The translations under genes were made by a program, and so were the position numbers. From the human T2T-CHM13v2.0 reference genome, Homo sapiens, in NCBI RefSeq assembly GCF_009914755.1, contig NC_060926.1: a stretch of 64,000 bases of DNA; one strand, 5' to 3'. Below, piece after piece: positions 11,864 to 34,012 of the stretch. Position 1 is the first letter of the stretch. Each line of letters starts with the position of its first letter. The notes under the pieces are model-generated. The model made no database searches and was not told where the DNA came from. It saw nothing but the letters and a program-made list of their open reading frames with translations.

Positions 11864-11980
11864 GCTGGAGTATTTTTGGACAAATGCTGTTTAAACATCA
11901 TCAACTGAGGTTTTATATTTAGTTCAAGTAGCTTACCCCTATAACTAATTTCTGCTTGCAGTCGATCCGCAGAAATATCA
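11864..11980 (+). pseudogene. Exon, phase 2->2: LEYFWTNAV*TSSTEVLYLVQVAYPYN*FLLAVDPQKY
   Basis: cttcgtctttctgtag| and CA|gtaaga; 117 nt; phase matches 4881 and 12369. Confidence 0.6.
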
Positions 11981-12368
11981 GTAAGAAACACACACACAGA
12001 TTTCACCAGAAAATGATCGTGAGTAGCTTGGTAGAATTTGAAGAGGAAGGAAGAAAGATAGCCATAGAATTTTCCTCAGAAATTTTAAAATAAGGCACCC
12101 ATTATTATGAGGCAGAAAATATTATACCCCTTGTAGCAGAAATGTATAAAATCATCTTAAACCGCATAGACTATAAGTTTAGTTGTAACTTGATTGACTA
12201 CGGAAGTAACTAAAGAAAATAATTTGTCAATTATAAAATAGATTGAGAAGCAAAGGAAGCAGAGGAAAAATGGAAAAATGTCAAAGTGAGAAATCTTGGC
12301 ATCACTGATCACATACTATTCAAAAAAGCAGAGCCTCAGCAGGCAGCCTAGAATATTTTATATTCTAG

Positions 12369-12482
12369 TTCCAATGGCAAAGCTGTGCCTAATGTGAGGA
12401 TCAATGGTGGGGTTCTAGCCAAGGGCTTTAAGTATTCTGATACCTTTGGCAAGACCAACCCTATCAAAGATGGTTGTATCAG
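12369..12482 (+). pseudogene. Exon, open: SNGKAVPNVRINGGVLAKGFKYSDTFGKTNPIKDGCI
   Basis: atattctag| acceptor, no stop in 37 codons; donor either gctatg (12483) or gttgta (12473). Confidence 0.6.
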
Positions 12483-12586
12483 GCTATGTTTGCCTGAAGC
12501 TATTAAACATTCTATTATTTTAGTTCCACTTATTCTAATTCCAGATCAATAGTCTGATTTTCATTTGTGTTTTCTTCTATGGCAAG

Positions 12587-12677
12587 AGAATGATTTGGTC
12601 ATGATACCACAAGGTTCCAGTTGCCTGAATTAAATCTTTTGTTTTGAATTAATGTTTGAATTACGATTGGTCTTCCT
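12587..12677 (+). pseudogene. Exon (E*FGHDTTRFQLPELNLLF*INV*ITIGLP, or alternative frame NDLVMIPQGSSCLN*…)
   Basis: ttttcttctatggcaag| and CT|gtaagt. Confidence 0.55.
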
Positions 12678-12759
12678 GTAAGTGTGTGCCCACAGAGAAA
12701 TGCACCAATCCTGTAGACTTTCATTATGCATCACAAAACTATCACTCTGATACACTGGA

Positions 12760-13430
12760 TAAACTTCGCTCGGGTTTAGCATCTCTCACCTGACTATTAT
12801 AGCCTTCCAGCTTCTTGTCTGTGGTCTTACATCCTTTAATCCATCATCCACAATGCTTTCAGATGACCTTCATATGCAAATCTTGTCATTTTATGTACTT
12901 GCTTAAATTCCTTTAATGTCTCCCCGCTGCCTACAGAATAAAGTTTAAATTGCTTAGCTGGGCTCAAGGCTCTTCCTGATCCATCTATTGCTTACGTTTT
13001 CAGTTTTATCTATTGAGATAATGCCCACATCATCATAGTTGTCTTACATGGAGGTCCTCAGATAGATTCTGCTTTTCACAACTCCATGCTTTGAGAGTAC
13101 GGTTCCTACTGCTAGAATTGGCCTTCCTTCTTTTCTGCCTGCCTAAAATCAAATCAGTGTTCTAGTCTTATTGTGATAGTTCAGACTACTATCAAGTGTT
13201 TCTTGAATATACCACTATAAGAATATTAGTTTTTCCACTTCTGTGATGTATGTACATAATTATTATAGAACCTATAATGTTTAATTGCACTTATTACTTT
13301 ATATACCTGCCTTTATTAGACTATAATCTCACTGAGTTTAGTGACTATGTCTTCTTCATCTTTATAGTCTCATACCTATCATAATATTTGGTCTATGATA
13401 GGCACTTAGTATTTGTTGACTGATTAAATA
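12760..13430 (+). mobile_element. L2 3' fragment
   Basis: cctacagaataaagtttaaattgcttagc…ggcacttagtatttgttgactga, typical of the L2 3' region. Confidence 0.65.
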
Positions 13431-13809
13431 ACTAAGGTGGTTGGCAATTAGATCTTGAAATTAAAAAAAATTAACCTTTATTAAGTGCTTACTATAAGCC
13501 AAGGGCAACACTGAATCCATTGTAATTAATTGACGAATTAATCTCTAGATTATCTTGGAGGAGAATAGAGGGGGAAAATAAGTGCAGTGAATAAAAATTC
13601 TAATAATATAATCAACTTTGGAAATCTAGTAAACTGAAATAAACACTAACAAGAATAGCAATAAATTTAATTAAGTGAAATCAATGTTTAAGCTATATAA
13701 ATTGTTCAGATTCATGATTCTGTAATTAGCAGTTATGTTTATCTTATCACCACTAAAGAATCTCTTTCCATATAAATAATATTTAAAACATTCTATGAAA
13801 AACACACAG

Positions 13810-13856
13810 GGAGAGATAGAGAGAGAGAGTGAGAGAGAGAATGAGAGAGTGAGAGC
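13810..13856 (+). repeat. (GA)n simple repeat
   Basis: Visible run. Confidence 0.85.
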
Positions 13857-14034
13857 AAAACAAAAAGATGTTTAAGAAAAACCATTAAAAGTGAATTTCT
13901 TTTGTCAATATGCTCTAGCCTGGCAATTATTTTTAATAAAATCATAATTTTTTAAATGACATTAAGTTTTCTTTTGGTTTCTGCGCATTTGTGTGTAAGT
14001 TTCAGTTCTCCTATTTTTTAAAATAATTTTTAAG

Positions 14035-14112
14035 GGCCTCTCTGCCTGTCTCCTTGGCATTATGAATGCTCCTGAGAGCACTTTGGATGATAAGAAGTGC
14101 TGCAAACTGCAG
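14035..14112 (+). pseudogene. Exon, 78 nt, open in phase 0: GLSACLLGIMNAPESTLDDKKCCKLQ
   Basis: atttttaag| and CAG|gtgaat. Confidence 0.6.
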
Positions 14113-14364
14113 GTGAATGGGCCTTAGAATTGCACAAACAGCAAATGAAAGCATTTTATAATAACAAAGATAGAGACCAGGGAGTCCTTATGAATATGTT
14201 ATTAAGCACCTGCACTCTAGTTCTTCAACTGGAGCCGTTTGAAAAGAAAGGATGCTAACTTTTGGCCAGAACTGAAGTCTGTAGAGACATTGTGTTTGTT
14301 TGTTTTTGTAAAATTGAATTAATTTAAATTATAACCATTGAAATATGGTGCTTTCCCTCAACAG

Positions 14365-14422
14365 CCATTTGAATATTGAAAATCTTATAGTATAGCTAAT
14401 CCTACTCCAGCTATATACCATT
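14365..14422 (+). pseudogene. Exon (PFEY*KSYSIANPTPAIYH)
   Basis: ctttccctcaacag| and T|gtaagt. Confidence 0.6.
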
Positions 14423-15627
14423 GTAAGTAGGAAGAGTTTGTCCTTGGAGAAGCTTTAAAAATCATTTTCTCCCCTATGCTTGGAGGGTTTTGTTTCATTT
14501 TGTTTTTTGTTTGTTTGTTTGTTTGTTTGTTTGAAAATGATACATCTGAAAGACAAAGCCAGACACAAAAATAGAAAGACAGATCTGTTGGGATGTAATA
14601 TTCAGAAGAAGGGGTGTGGAAAGGAAATACAGATGGCATGGCATAAGAGATGAATAAGTAAAACAGTTAGAGGTCAGCATGGAGAAATCACTGAGGGAAG
14701 ACCCTAAAGGGGGACTTGCCCGGTCTCATTAGGCCCACAAGGAAAGCCCGGGTAAGAGATTACGAAGAGTTTTGTCAACAGGATTCACACATTTTCCAAT
14801 AGAAGATGGAACTATAAGCAAATCAAGGCAAAGATTTGAGTAAGATCAGCAGCAAACATGTTTTTTTTTTTGGGAGGGGGGAGGGATAGGCTGTTTCAAA
14901 GCTTAAGAACTGCAATTTATAGAGAACATTGACTGAGAGCCCTCCATTACTGCCCAGTGGAAGATAGAAGTAAAATGTGATCACTGTTACTAATCTATTT
15001 AGAATTTCATATAGCAAGGTATTCAGTGAGGTAGAACTTTTTTCTCTTCTGCAGAGCTTTATTTATGGTGGGGTGGGTACATGTGGATATTATATTTAGA
15101 AATCTTAATTTCCATTCTTCCGAACATCCAAGAATTTTAGAAACCTAGCAAGAGCAGCATGTCAGCTTGATCTAGACTTAGCTGCTGACTCAGAAGGCCA
15201 AGATGGTGCTTAAACATAGGAGCTGTTTGAAAAAAAGGTATGCTAACTTTTGGCTGGAATCAAGGTCAGTAGAGAAACTCTGTTTGTTCTTTGTAAAATT
15301 AACTTGCATTAAATTATGTGATGGTTGAAACAGATGATAGTTATACATGAGCTTCTTTCTCAAGTCAAAGACTGAAAGGGAACAGGGCAACTGGGTTTGT
15401 GATGCTGGAGACACTGGGAACAATTCTCACCCAGTCTCTCTAGGGGCAGGTTGTTCCCAGAAAGAATAGAGGCTAAGTGACTTAAACGGCAGACCCTTGG
15501 AAACCCAGACTAAATTGGTGTGGATTTCTCAGGCTGAGAATAAAATTGCCACTTTCTCTTCATAATGGCTCTGGATGGGCTTGTAATATGCATCTGTGGC
15601 CACAGAAGTGAATGAAGCTCCTGGATG

Positions 15628-16000
15628 CTATCATGGGTTGAACTGTGTCCCTCCAACAAGACATGTTGAAGTCTGAAGAAGCCCTGGTACTTGTGAATAT
15701 AACCTTATTTAAAAATAGTGTTATTGCAGATGTAATTAAGATGAGGTCATTCGAGTTGACCCTAATTCAGTATGACCAGTGCCCTTATAAGAAGAGAGAA
15801 ATTTGGACACAGAGACACATAAATATGAGAACATCATGTGAAGACACAGAGACAGGTGGAAGATGGCCACATGAAGCTAGTGGCCGAGACTCAAAGTATG
15901 CTGTCACAAGCCAAGGTGTGCTTGGGGCTACCAGAACAGTGAGACAGTACATTCTGTTAAGCCACCCAATGTGTAGTGGCTTAAACAGCAGCTCTAGAAA
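15628..16000 (+). mobile_element. MLT1 (ERVL-MaLR) solo LTR, internally deleted
   Basis: gggttgaactgtgtccctcc…gatgtaattaagatgaggtcat…ttaagccaccca. Confidence 0.8.
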
Positions 16001-16321
16001 AGCAACGCAGATGCCAACCTCATCACAGTGCCAACAGCAAGTCACTACAGTGGCAGCAGAGATAAGCAGATGATCATCTTTGAACTTTGAACTTCCCAGG
16101 AGTCATTTGCATCACCTTTTCTCAGGTTGGTAGCAGTTAAGGCATCTCCCTTCTTCAAAGGGGACTCATAAATTCCAGTGACTTCAGGGGATATCTTGCA
16201 ATTATCATAAGAAGGGATGACCCCCAAACAGGAGAGAAACATTCTTTCTAATGAAGACTTATGAGACGCAGAATAGTAAGTGCAGCTTAGAAAGGGAACT
16301 TAGATTTCCTCTGGCCTCTCA

Positions 16322-16948
<627 letters not shown>

Positions 16949-18819
16949 TCAGATTGATCTTGTTTACCCCATCATGTTAGAGATAGGAAAACTAAGGGGC
17001 ATGGGATTACACAATTTTTTGGCAACCTGAGATTTTGCCTCTTGCTTTCTCACACTCACAGAATAGTGGATTGCTTGTAAATCATGTTAGGTAGAGCTCT
17101 TCTGGCTGATGCAAGTGTTGCTCCAGTTATTGATATTGGTGCATATTAAGCATCCTCAGAAATGCTTTTTTCTTCCAGTGTTTCACTAAGACTTCTTAGT
17201 AGGGAACACCTATCTTAAAATCTCATTTCTTTTTAGTTTCCATAGAAGCCCTACTGTTTTGAGTCATCATGATAGAGTATTTGCTGTCCTATCAATATAT
17301 CTGAACTAGCCACGTCTTTAATCTAGTTTTAAAATTCAGTTAGAAGAACTGTTGTAATTGCTCCATTTTACTCGTTGATCCTCTCTTGCTGAGCCACATG
17401 CAATCTCCAGGAAAAAAAAAAATTGTGCTGTGCACAATATTATCCACAGATCAGTACTACCTATCATAGTATGCTTCAGGAAATAGAAAGCTACACTCTG
17501 TACATATGAGAACATTACAGATTTCTATAATATTAGCCCATATATTTAATAGTTATAAAAATTAAAGAAAAAAATTACATCATGCCTAAGCCCAACTCTT
17601 ATACAAATGGACTATTTTTATTTCTGTATCTCCTTCTCTCCCAATAGAGAAATACTTTCAACTTTCACAAAAATCTAAATGCTGTAATCATCAGGTAACA
17701 TCAGAAAACTTATTTGTAAGACACACACATACACAATGCAGTGCTCCATGTACAGCTGCACAGTTGAACAGGTTATACACTGTACAATTCCAGAATTATG
17801 TCATTCTCATTAGAGTCCCTGAAAATGGTATCGCTTTCTGTTGAACAGCATGCGACAAGTAAGTAGGATACATTGGCCCCGTGATATACATATATGAACA
17901 AAAAAGGAGAAAACACAGATGAATCTTATCTTTGTTTAGAATTGACACAAATTCATGATACACCTTTGAAGTTAGTTTAAGTTAGTTTAAATATCAGTTT
18001 TCATGGTTAAAGTTAGATTTAATTAGAAAATCCATTCCCAACCAGGATAAGTAGACTTGATCGTTTTGTGTTTTGTCGCTTGATAAGCAGTCTCTTTCGT
18101 ATAAAACTGCTAAATGGCTACAGCTGTAAAGATGTCTAAAGAAAAATATTGACCTTCTCACCTCAGTTATATTCAATCTTATTCAAATTGCATGTGATTA
18201 GGAAATGCCCACATTTGTAAAAAAGCAAGAATAAAATATGTAAAAGGCAACAGGGTCTGCTTTAATATTTTTTCAGTTTGAAATAAACAATTACAACATA
18301 GGATTGTTATTACACATATATCCACACAGACACATTGCAAAATATTTTATTCAACACTAACGTATGTACACTCACATAAAGCAGGAATGTAAATGAACAT
18401 TTACTTCCTACTCAGAGTTCTAAGGAGCAACGAAAGCAAAAAGCTAAAATATGTTACCCTGATGCAAAATGGAGAAAATAAAAACCTTAGGGGAAGATTA
18501 AATTAACCTTAAAAATATTAATGGTGTTTGAAGGTAACAATAAAGTTTTAAAGTTTGTTTTTTATTCTGTTATCCTCTTTTTCTTTAAGTGCTAATCAGA
18601 TCAATAATCTCCTGGGAGGTTGGCAGTACAGTGTTTACTCTACTTTGCTAAACATTTCATTAAACAAAACCTCAAGAAGTACTGAAAAACCAAACAATAC
18701 TTAAACCCAAAATAAATAAATGAATAAATAAGCACACAAAGATACATCTCTACAAGAAGAAAAATGGGGATTCATGATCTTATTTCAGAAGACGAACACC
18801 TGGATATTGTTTTGTAAAA

Positions 18820-19020
18820 AAAGACAGTGTCGTGCAGGGAGTCAGAAGTGGTTTTCAATTCTGTTTCTTGTCTCTACTACCACTTTGACTCCCAGCAAAT
18901 AGCTTAGTCTACCTCTACTTCCATTTCTTCATCTGAAAAATGAGGTCAAATATTGTCTTCACTTGCGAAGTTGTTTAAAGAACTAAACTAATAATAGAAA
19001 GAAAGTTGTTAGCATAATTA
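18820..19020 (+). mobile_element. MIR
   Basis: cttcatctgaaaaatgagg core. Confidence 0.6.
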
Positions 19021-19319
19021 GATATTATCTACTGGTTGTTTTTTTTTTTTTTGCCACCATTAATATAAAAGCTTTGATCAATACCAATGAATAAAAGATA
19101 TGCAACAGTTTCTTTAAAATAAGGTATTCACCCACATGCATGGACTCAGCCAAATCCATATTGTTCACCCTGAAATATCTTTTTCTGACTGCTGAGCAAA
19201 CCATATGCCTTTTCCTCCTCAAAGCATAGTTCAAGACTTATTTTCTTTATGATATCTGTCCAGATTAAATACTATATATCAAATCATTATGACAACATTC
19301 CTAGAAGTTACATGATGAG

Positions 19320-19790
19320 ATAACTTTTAAAATGTACCACAAATCAATGTTGAAAAGAGGTAAGATAGAATAATAAAGAAAAAATAAAACAAAAATTAAT
19401 AAGAGGTTTGCGAATCCTTGGAAGAGGGAATTTTAGCTACTCAAAACCATCATTGTTTCATTAAGTGATAATAGATCAATCTAATGCTATCTCCATTTTG
19501 ATAGCATAATTGCACCTCTAGATCATAGACGTGACAAATTTTGTTATATTTTTATTTCAATAAGATATTCAATAAATTCTCCTGTGTAATCTTTATCACA
19601 AGGTTAATAAACATTGGCTAGCAGCTTACAATGGCAGGGGGCCTCCCAAGTAGGTGCACTTAATGGTTTTACACTTTAGTCTAATCAGTGTAATATACTT
19701 ATTAATAACATGGTTGGGAATATAGAAAATATGCTAATCAAATGTGCAAATAACACTGGGGCAAAAGCCAGTGTACTTAATAATATAATT
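19320..19790 (+). mobile_element. L3/CR1 RT fossil, interrupted by L1 and probably resuming at ~26100-26650
   Basis: ORF 19710 (VGNIENMLIKCANNTG) resembles CR1 DEGIESMLIKFADDTKLG. Confidence 0.6.
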
Positions 19791-19794
19791 GTAA

Positions 19795-26090
<6,296 letters not shown>

Positions 26091-26837
26091 TGAATTATAA
26101 CTTTAAAAAATGCCAATAAACTAAACTTAAAAGCCCAAAATAAGATTAAATGTCATATTAATACCCTTATGGTATTAGGTGATATTACCTATGTGGTATT
26201 AATATCCTTAAGGTGTGGCCGCTAAAATACATATAGATGCAAGTGATATTCCCTCAATGCTTGCAAATAACAATGACTCTAACTGCATCAGAGTTTGCTT
26301 AAAAGCATCGAAAATAATTTTGATGAGCGTCCTTCATGTTAAAAAAATCTGAAAAGCCAAAGATTTGTAAAAGTCTATCCCAAGGAAGGGAAACCTCTTC
26401 CCCTTATTTGTCCTTGGCACAGCTGAGTCAGGCTAGAATATTACAAACGATTTTATTAAATAATAAGTGGAACCAAAATTGACTGGAGAGAATATTCTTT
26501 TAAAAACCACACAAACAGAATCCTTAAGATCAATTACCACAAGTTGATATGGGGTCAAAGAAAACTACATCCTAAATCCAGAAACCACTTGCACAAAGCT
26601 TTTGAGCTGCATTACATATTACACTGAAATGTTAAAACCGGTCTAAAAGCCCAGCTCCACAAATTCAGCAAAAATGTTTTATTCAATTTAATATTTTGTG
26701 GTAGATAAAATGAATGTTTTGGAAGATTATGTAAGAAAATGAAAAATGCTCAGGTAGTAATATCAATTTGGGTAGTAAACTGTACATGTGACTATGATTA
26801 CAACTCTGCAAATATGTGATCTTTTAAAAGAAGCTTG

Positions 26838-26990
26838 CTAGCTTGACATGGTGGCATGCACCTGTAGTCCTAGCTACTCAGGAGGCTGAGGCAGGAGGAC
26901 TGCTTGGGCCCAGGACTTTGAAGCTGCAGTGTGCTATGATATCCCGACTGTACTGGGTGACAGAGCGAGACTCTAAATAAATAAATAAAT
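26838..26990 (+). mobile_element. Monomeric Alu (FRAM-like) with (TAAA)n tail
   Basis: Single right-arm-type monomer. Confidence 0.8.
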
Positions 26991-27129
26991 CTAATTAGAT
27001 TAAATAAGCCTTCTAAAATCACTTTAAAGGTAATATTACAAGACCTTGATAACATTGTGTTTGGGTAATAGGCAAGGAATGATTTATTTCTTCATTTGCT
27101 TTTATGAATTTTCTAAATTCTCCTTAATA

Positions 27130-27700
27130 ATTAGATAATAACAACTCAAATTTATTAATGACTATCACATGTATGGTATTTGTTGTTCTTCTTGCATTAT
27201 CTCACCTAATTCAAGGCAAAGAGATTGTGAAGCAGTTAGTCCTATTATCCATTTTTATAGATGAAGATAAGGAGAGGCATGAAACAATCTAGATTAATGA
27301 CTCTGAGAATTCACTAGTAGTACCTAGTTGGGGCCTATGATTCAAAATGTGGCAGTTTACTTATAAGGTCCAAACTCTTAATCATCCTAAACTATGAAAG
27401 GATGCACAACATAGTCCAGTTTACAAATTATAAAATTTGATTACACCAAAGCTAATTTATAATCTTAATGTCCATATGCCCTACATTTTATAGGCTGAGA
27501 TAACTAGCAACTTATTGCCAAGGTACTAGTACAATTCTAGCAGTGTGACCTTGGGTAAATTATGTAATATCAATGAGTAGTAATTCCTCATCTAAAAGTA
27601 AAAATAACATGTATTTTATAGAATTTTTGTGATGATTAGAAATCATATATATAAAAGGCCTAGATTAATGACTATAAGCATTCATCATTATTGTTGTTGT
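27130..27700. mobile_element. Two MIR fragments
   Basis: atttttatagatgaaga core; gtgtgaccttgggtaaatt core. Confidence 0.6.
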
Positions 27701-27787
27701 TAAGTTGTATGGGAAAAATATTTTATCTCTAACCCTAAATATATTTTCTAGCACAAGTTTCCCAATTTAATTGTTTCTCTATTATAG

Positions 27788-27937
27788 GACACGGATGGAA
27801 GATAATAAGTGTAGCTTCTTCCTCTGGGCAAGCGCTCATTATCAAGTGCCTCTGGGCAAGGCACTACATCTGAACACAGCCAGATATAGATGGTCTGTGA
27901 CAGAAGAAACCTGATGGTCTTACTGAACTCACCCCAG
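27788..27937 (+). pseudogene. Candidate exon, 150 nt, frame ambiguous
   Basis: tttctctattatag| and CAG|gtactg; GC-richer than flanks; 2 TGA stops in each of two frames. Confidence 0.45.
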
Positions 27938-30900
27938 GTACTGTGCTTTTGATATTATTCTATAGTGTAGTCTTTATAATTTGGTTTTCTGTAGCATCCC
28001 TGGAACAAGTTCATATGTGCTGGTGTGAGTTTCATTTTGCATGTGCTGCTTTATCATGAACATGGAAGATATACTAGGTTTCTGTGGTAGAAACACTCTG
28101 GCCTCTTCCAAAGCAGAAGGCTCTGGGCTGTAGACCTTCAAATAGATGCAAACATGCAAAGCTTTTAAAAGCTCTGACTTCTGGGAATGGAACAAATTGC
28201 TGAAATCACTTCTGCCTTGATCCAACAATTCATTATCTCCCAGAAACAGTGGCTTTTATAGCTGCTAAGGGGCTGCTATACTCTTCTAGAAAGAAGGAAT
28301 AGTCTCAATACAGACATGAATTTTCAAGCCCTTTATTAAAATCTTCAGACTTAATTTTATTTGTCTAAATCTGTAATCAATCTAAGAATGGGATGGAGAT
28401 ATTTTTATAAAACGAATTTAGAAAATAACTAATTTTATTTTACATGAAACAAAATTGGCCCTTTATAATAAACTCCCCAAATATTCCAGAGAAAGAATTA
28501 TATTTTTATTCCCTCATTATACAGATGGGAAATTATCAAAATGAATATTAAAATCTTGATTCCTATTCATGCTTGATATGGAAAACAAGACCTTGTAAAC
28601 TTTTAATATTTTCTAATAGACAAGTGTGTAATAATTTACTAAGGGCACCCTATTGTCCTAGATTTATTTTGAGTCTCTTTATTGACGTAATCAGATTAAT
28701 TTAAGAATGAAAATTAACCCCAACTTTAGAGACAGAAACAACACAAGTCAAGAGTGCTGTCTGATTTGCCTGAGGCCTGTTTTCACCCAGGAAAGAAATG
28801 GCACTATTGGTGATTATTTAGTAGGTAAATAACTATAGGTCATGTCTGAATCTAATGATAGGAATACTTTCATCAAACCTAAACTTGAATGATACCATTA
28901 CACAAAAATGGGGACCAGGAAAAGAGTTCAGTATCTTGATTTTTAAGACATGTTTATATATCTTCAATTAGTGTCTACACAGGGCAATTTTATTTAGATT
29001 AGTTAGGTAAGGGGAGAAGGCATGAGAGGATACTAAGGAGAATAGAACTGAGTCAGATTAAAGAAGAATGGAGTCTATGAAGAGAGCTCTGGTCCATATA
29101 CATATGTATGTAACAGGGAAATGGTTAACTAAATGAGGCTCTAAATTATGAACCTCCTGTGAGGTATGGCTTTACTTGCTGTAAAATATCCTGGGGACTG
29201 AAGATGATAATAATGCCTGGATGCTTGAAACACCCATCACTATCTGAACCAGGAAGTAGTTAGGTGATACTTTTCACTGCTATAAAGATATGAAATGGAG
29301 CTTCTCTGCAACAGCAGGATCTTGAACTAGTAACCGGAAGGAAGCTAAGCATTGGCAAACTAAAGACCAGTTTAGCAAATCAATAGCCAGTGAGTGCTCA
29401 GTGAGGGGATGATAATGTCTTTATGGTTTTTACTGATTCTGAGGAGCAGCTATACATGTCTGGTATATTTCTCAGTAGAGATATATAGTGTTAATTACCA
29501 ATTTCCAGAGCGAAGCACCATCTCCTTTCATGGAATCCCCAAATGTATAACAACTTGAGGAGGTCTTCATTGGGAACTTCTTTTCTCTAACTTTGATGTT
29601 CACACTCAGGCCAAGGGAAAGATACCCCAGATCCACCTGTGATAATTGCCCTTCTATTTCTAGAAAGATGCTTTTGATTAAAAGTAAGTTTCAGGTGACA
29701 TCAGCAATCTCTGTACTTTCAAGCTATTTCTTATTCTCTGACTGAAGCTGGATATTAATTCCCAGTCCAATTTACATAGCTTCTTCCCTCTGAAACCAAA
29801 AGGAAAAGAAAAGAAAAAAAAGCTTCTCATCTCTTCTTGTCCTTGGACTCCACCGCTAGTCCTTTCTTCAAGCCTTTCAAGCATTAGTCAGTATTTTATT
29901 ACTGTATTCACACCTCAAAAGAAAAAACAAAAAGAAAACCTGCATGCATTCTCAAAACACCATAAATTTCCTCTTCTTCTATTTGATTATAATGAATAAA
30001 GCAATGGGTCTGTCAGATAAACATGATTATATTAGTTTTTTTATTGAAACAGTGAAGCTTTTAAAATTATGTTGTATGATGGTACCCAAAATGAGAATAA
30101 TGTTAGGAATTTTAGGATTCTCCTTTTATCTATATTCTTTATAGAAAATGTAAAAGAAAAATCAGTGTCATTGAAAAAGATTCATTAGAAAGACAGAATT
30201 CATGGATCAAAATAAAAATAGATTTATTGAGCTAAAAAGAGTAGGCAGCATTTTCAAAATTTTTGAATGAATTTCATGATAAAACCTTTACAGTATGTAT
30301 CTCCTTGCTCCAGGAATTATTACATTTTAGTATACTCATTAATCTCAAGATTATTCACCAGTTATTAAAATTTTAAACATTTAAGTATATATATAAAAAG
30401 GATACTATTTTTAACTCTCCCTTTCTGCAGAGAAAAAAAAGCTTTATTTATTTTTGTATTTCTATTCAAAAGAATAGAAGATATACTGGAGGAAAAAGTT
30501 AACAAATAAAACACATCAGGAAATAAACTCAATATACTGTCTTTGGGTTCCTTTATTTAGAAATTAAATCAATAAAGGTATTGGTGAATGTATTACACAG
30601 TTACTGTTTGAATTTGTAGAATTTAAAAATTTCAGAAAAAAAGCCAATTCTGGAAAATACAACTGAATAACTATGTTTAAAATATTAAAAATGAAATTTA
30701 AAAAGAATGCTATGAATTCATCTTTACTGTAGTTTTTTTAAAATCTTAAGATATTTTTGGATCAGTGAAGTCAGAATATGTTGTATGCCAAAATAAATGT
30801 GTTGTGATAAAAAATTTACCAACTTCAGGAAGGCATATAGAATATCTCCAAGGCCTGGAGGTTATGAGTGACAACTGTGCTGATTGGAAGTCTGCTTCAT

Positions 30901-32091
30901 AAACTAGTAAGCAGAGCAAACTAGTCATGGCAGAACTTAAATCTAACTATATCACAAGAAGGATTCTCTGTCTTTGTCCCCACCTCACTCCAAAGCATTT
31001 TCATGGTCAATTACTCCTGAACAGACTATCCAGAAGAGGAAAATACATAAACAACCTATTTATTCAAAGCTCATCTCAAAAACAAACATAAATAATTTAA
31101 GAAGAGAAAAAGGATTTAAATGTGTGCTAGAAAGCATCTAAGCATGGTATTTTCATAGCCTTGAAAATTAAGAATATAATAGTTTCATATTTTCATATCT
31201 AGTATGACTGATTTTTTTTTATTTTAAGAGCAGTTTCTTGTGTGTGCTTTTAAATTGTTTCAAATTAACTTTTATATTTAGAACATGGTCATCTCTGTTC
31301 CAACATTTTCAAACACCACAATAAACAGCAATCTTTGTAACGGATTAAAATGGGCTTTATAAATTTAGAAAAATCTAAATTACAGATTATGACTTTTCCC
31401 AATATACATTAATCACAGTGAAAATGAAATTTAGCTGGTATTTTATATGTAATAGAGGACTATAATTTGTTTTTATACCAGTACTAGTCTTGACCTAAGT
31501 ATTTACAAATCAATACTAATTTTATATTTAATGGCATCTATAAATGTCTTTATGCAGGAAGTTTAATTTTCTGTGCTGTAGTTACAAATGCATTTTTAAG
31601 TACACGGAGAATTTTAAATGGGCAGAAGAGAATTTAAAGGTGTTATTTACATAAATGTAAAAGCCCCTAAAGTGGAGAAATCTCTCATAAGGAATTTCAA
31701 ACATTTGCTTGACTCTGGAGGCCTGGCATACTAAGGAATTAGGATTCCTCCTAAGAATTACACATCTGAAGGCTGTCCTGAAAGACTTTCCATACTCGAT
31801 GATGCTCTTTTGGGTACCACTACCTAGATGCACATTTAGCTTATTTTCTTCCTCACTATCCACTAACTCCTGTGGTCTGCTTAGGGCTCTGCCAAAACCG
31901 GTGGTTCTCAAAGGTAGCCATGGATTGGAATGACCTGGGTAGCTTTTAAGAACTCACTGTTCAGATCACACTTCAAACCAAATAAATCAAAATCTTGGGT
32001 GGTGTGTGTGTGTGTGTGTGTTTATAGTTGTGGTGATGGTAAGGAGGGTGGGGAGGCGAGGTGGGTCAGCCATCAGTATTTAAAAAAATAT

Positions 32092-32295
32092 CCAGCCTGG
32101 GCAACATGGAGAAACCCTGTCTCCACAAAAGCACAAAAAATTAGCTGGTTTTGGTGGTGCATGCCTGTGGTCCCTGCGACTTGCTTGGGAGGCTGAGATG
32201 GGAGGATCACTTGAGCCCGGGAGGTTGAGCCTACAATGAGTCGTGATCATGCCACTGAACTCCAGCCTGGGTGACAGACTGAGACCCTGTCTCAG

Positions 32296-32335
<40 letters not shown>
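32092..32335 (+). mobile_element. 5'-truncated AluJ-like element with a long A tail
   Basis: ggaggatcacttgagccc (J diagnostic); ~39-nt A run. Confidence 0.9.
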
Positions 32336-33360
<1,025 letters not shown>

Positions 33361-33582
33361 AAGAAGTCACTCTGATTTCAGACTTCCCCATACCAGGTCA
33401 TAGCTATCTAGTTGTAGCTGCACTAGCATGCCCTGTACTATTGAAAACATAGTTATCTGTTGGTCATCAGAGAATATGTCCAGAATTCTTCTGCTTCTCA
33501 TTCTTATCCATGCATGCAAAATAAGAAACTTAATTCATAAGGCATATCCCTAGAGTCTTCCTGAGAATCTCATTTCTTGCAG

Positions 33583-33710
33583 ACTGTCCTCAGGCTCTCT
33601 CATTTTTGACCTCTAACATTTCTACGGCAATGAAAAAAAAAATCCTTGGACAGATTGCTTTCCATTAGCATGGATAATTGAGAGTTAACAAGGCACTATT
33701 ATTTTTCCAG
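33583..33710 (+). pseudogene. Exon, phase 2->1: LSSGSLIFDL*HFYGNEKKNPWTDCFPLAWIIES*QGTIIFP
   Basis: catttcttgcag| and CAG|gtgagc. Confidence 0.6.
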
Positions 33711-34012
33711 GTGAGCAAGTTACTCACTTTAAGTAATTTTAAAAATATTACAGATTTGGAAATGCATGGATTATTTTAGTCAGCAGTGTATAATTCAAGA
33801 AATCAATATTTCAGGGAATGGATTGATATCTAGACAAGTAGAAGACATTTATGTATTTCTTAAAATACCTACTTACCAATGCATAATAATACCATATTTA
33901 GTGTAAGTTTAGAACGCCATTCAGTGGCAACCAACATATAGGTATGTGTATGCAAATTGGTTTCAGTATAAAACTCCCTCCTTGTCCTTTAAACATATTC
34001 CTGTTGACGCAG

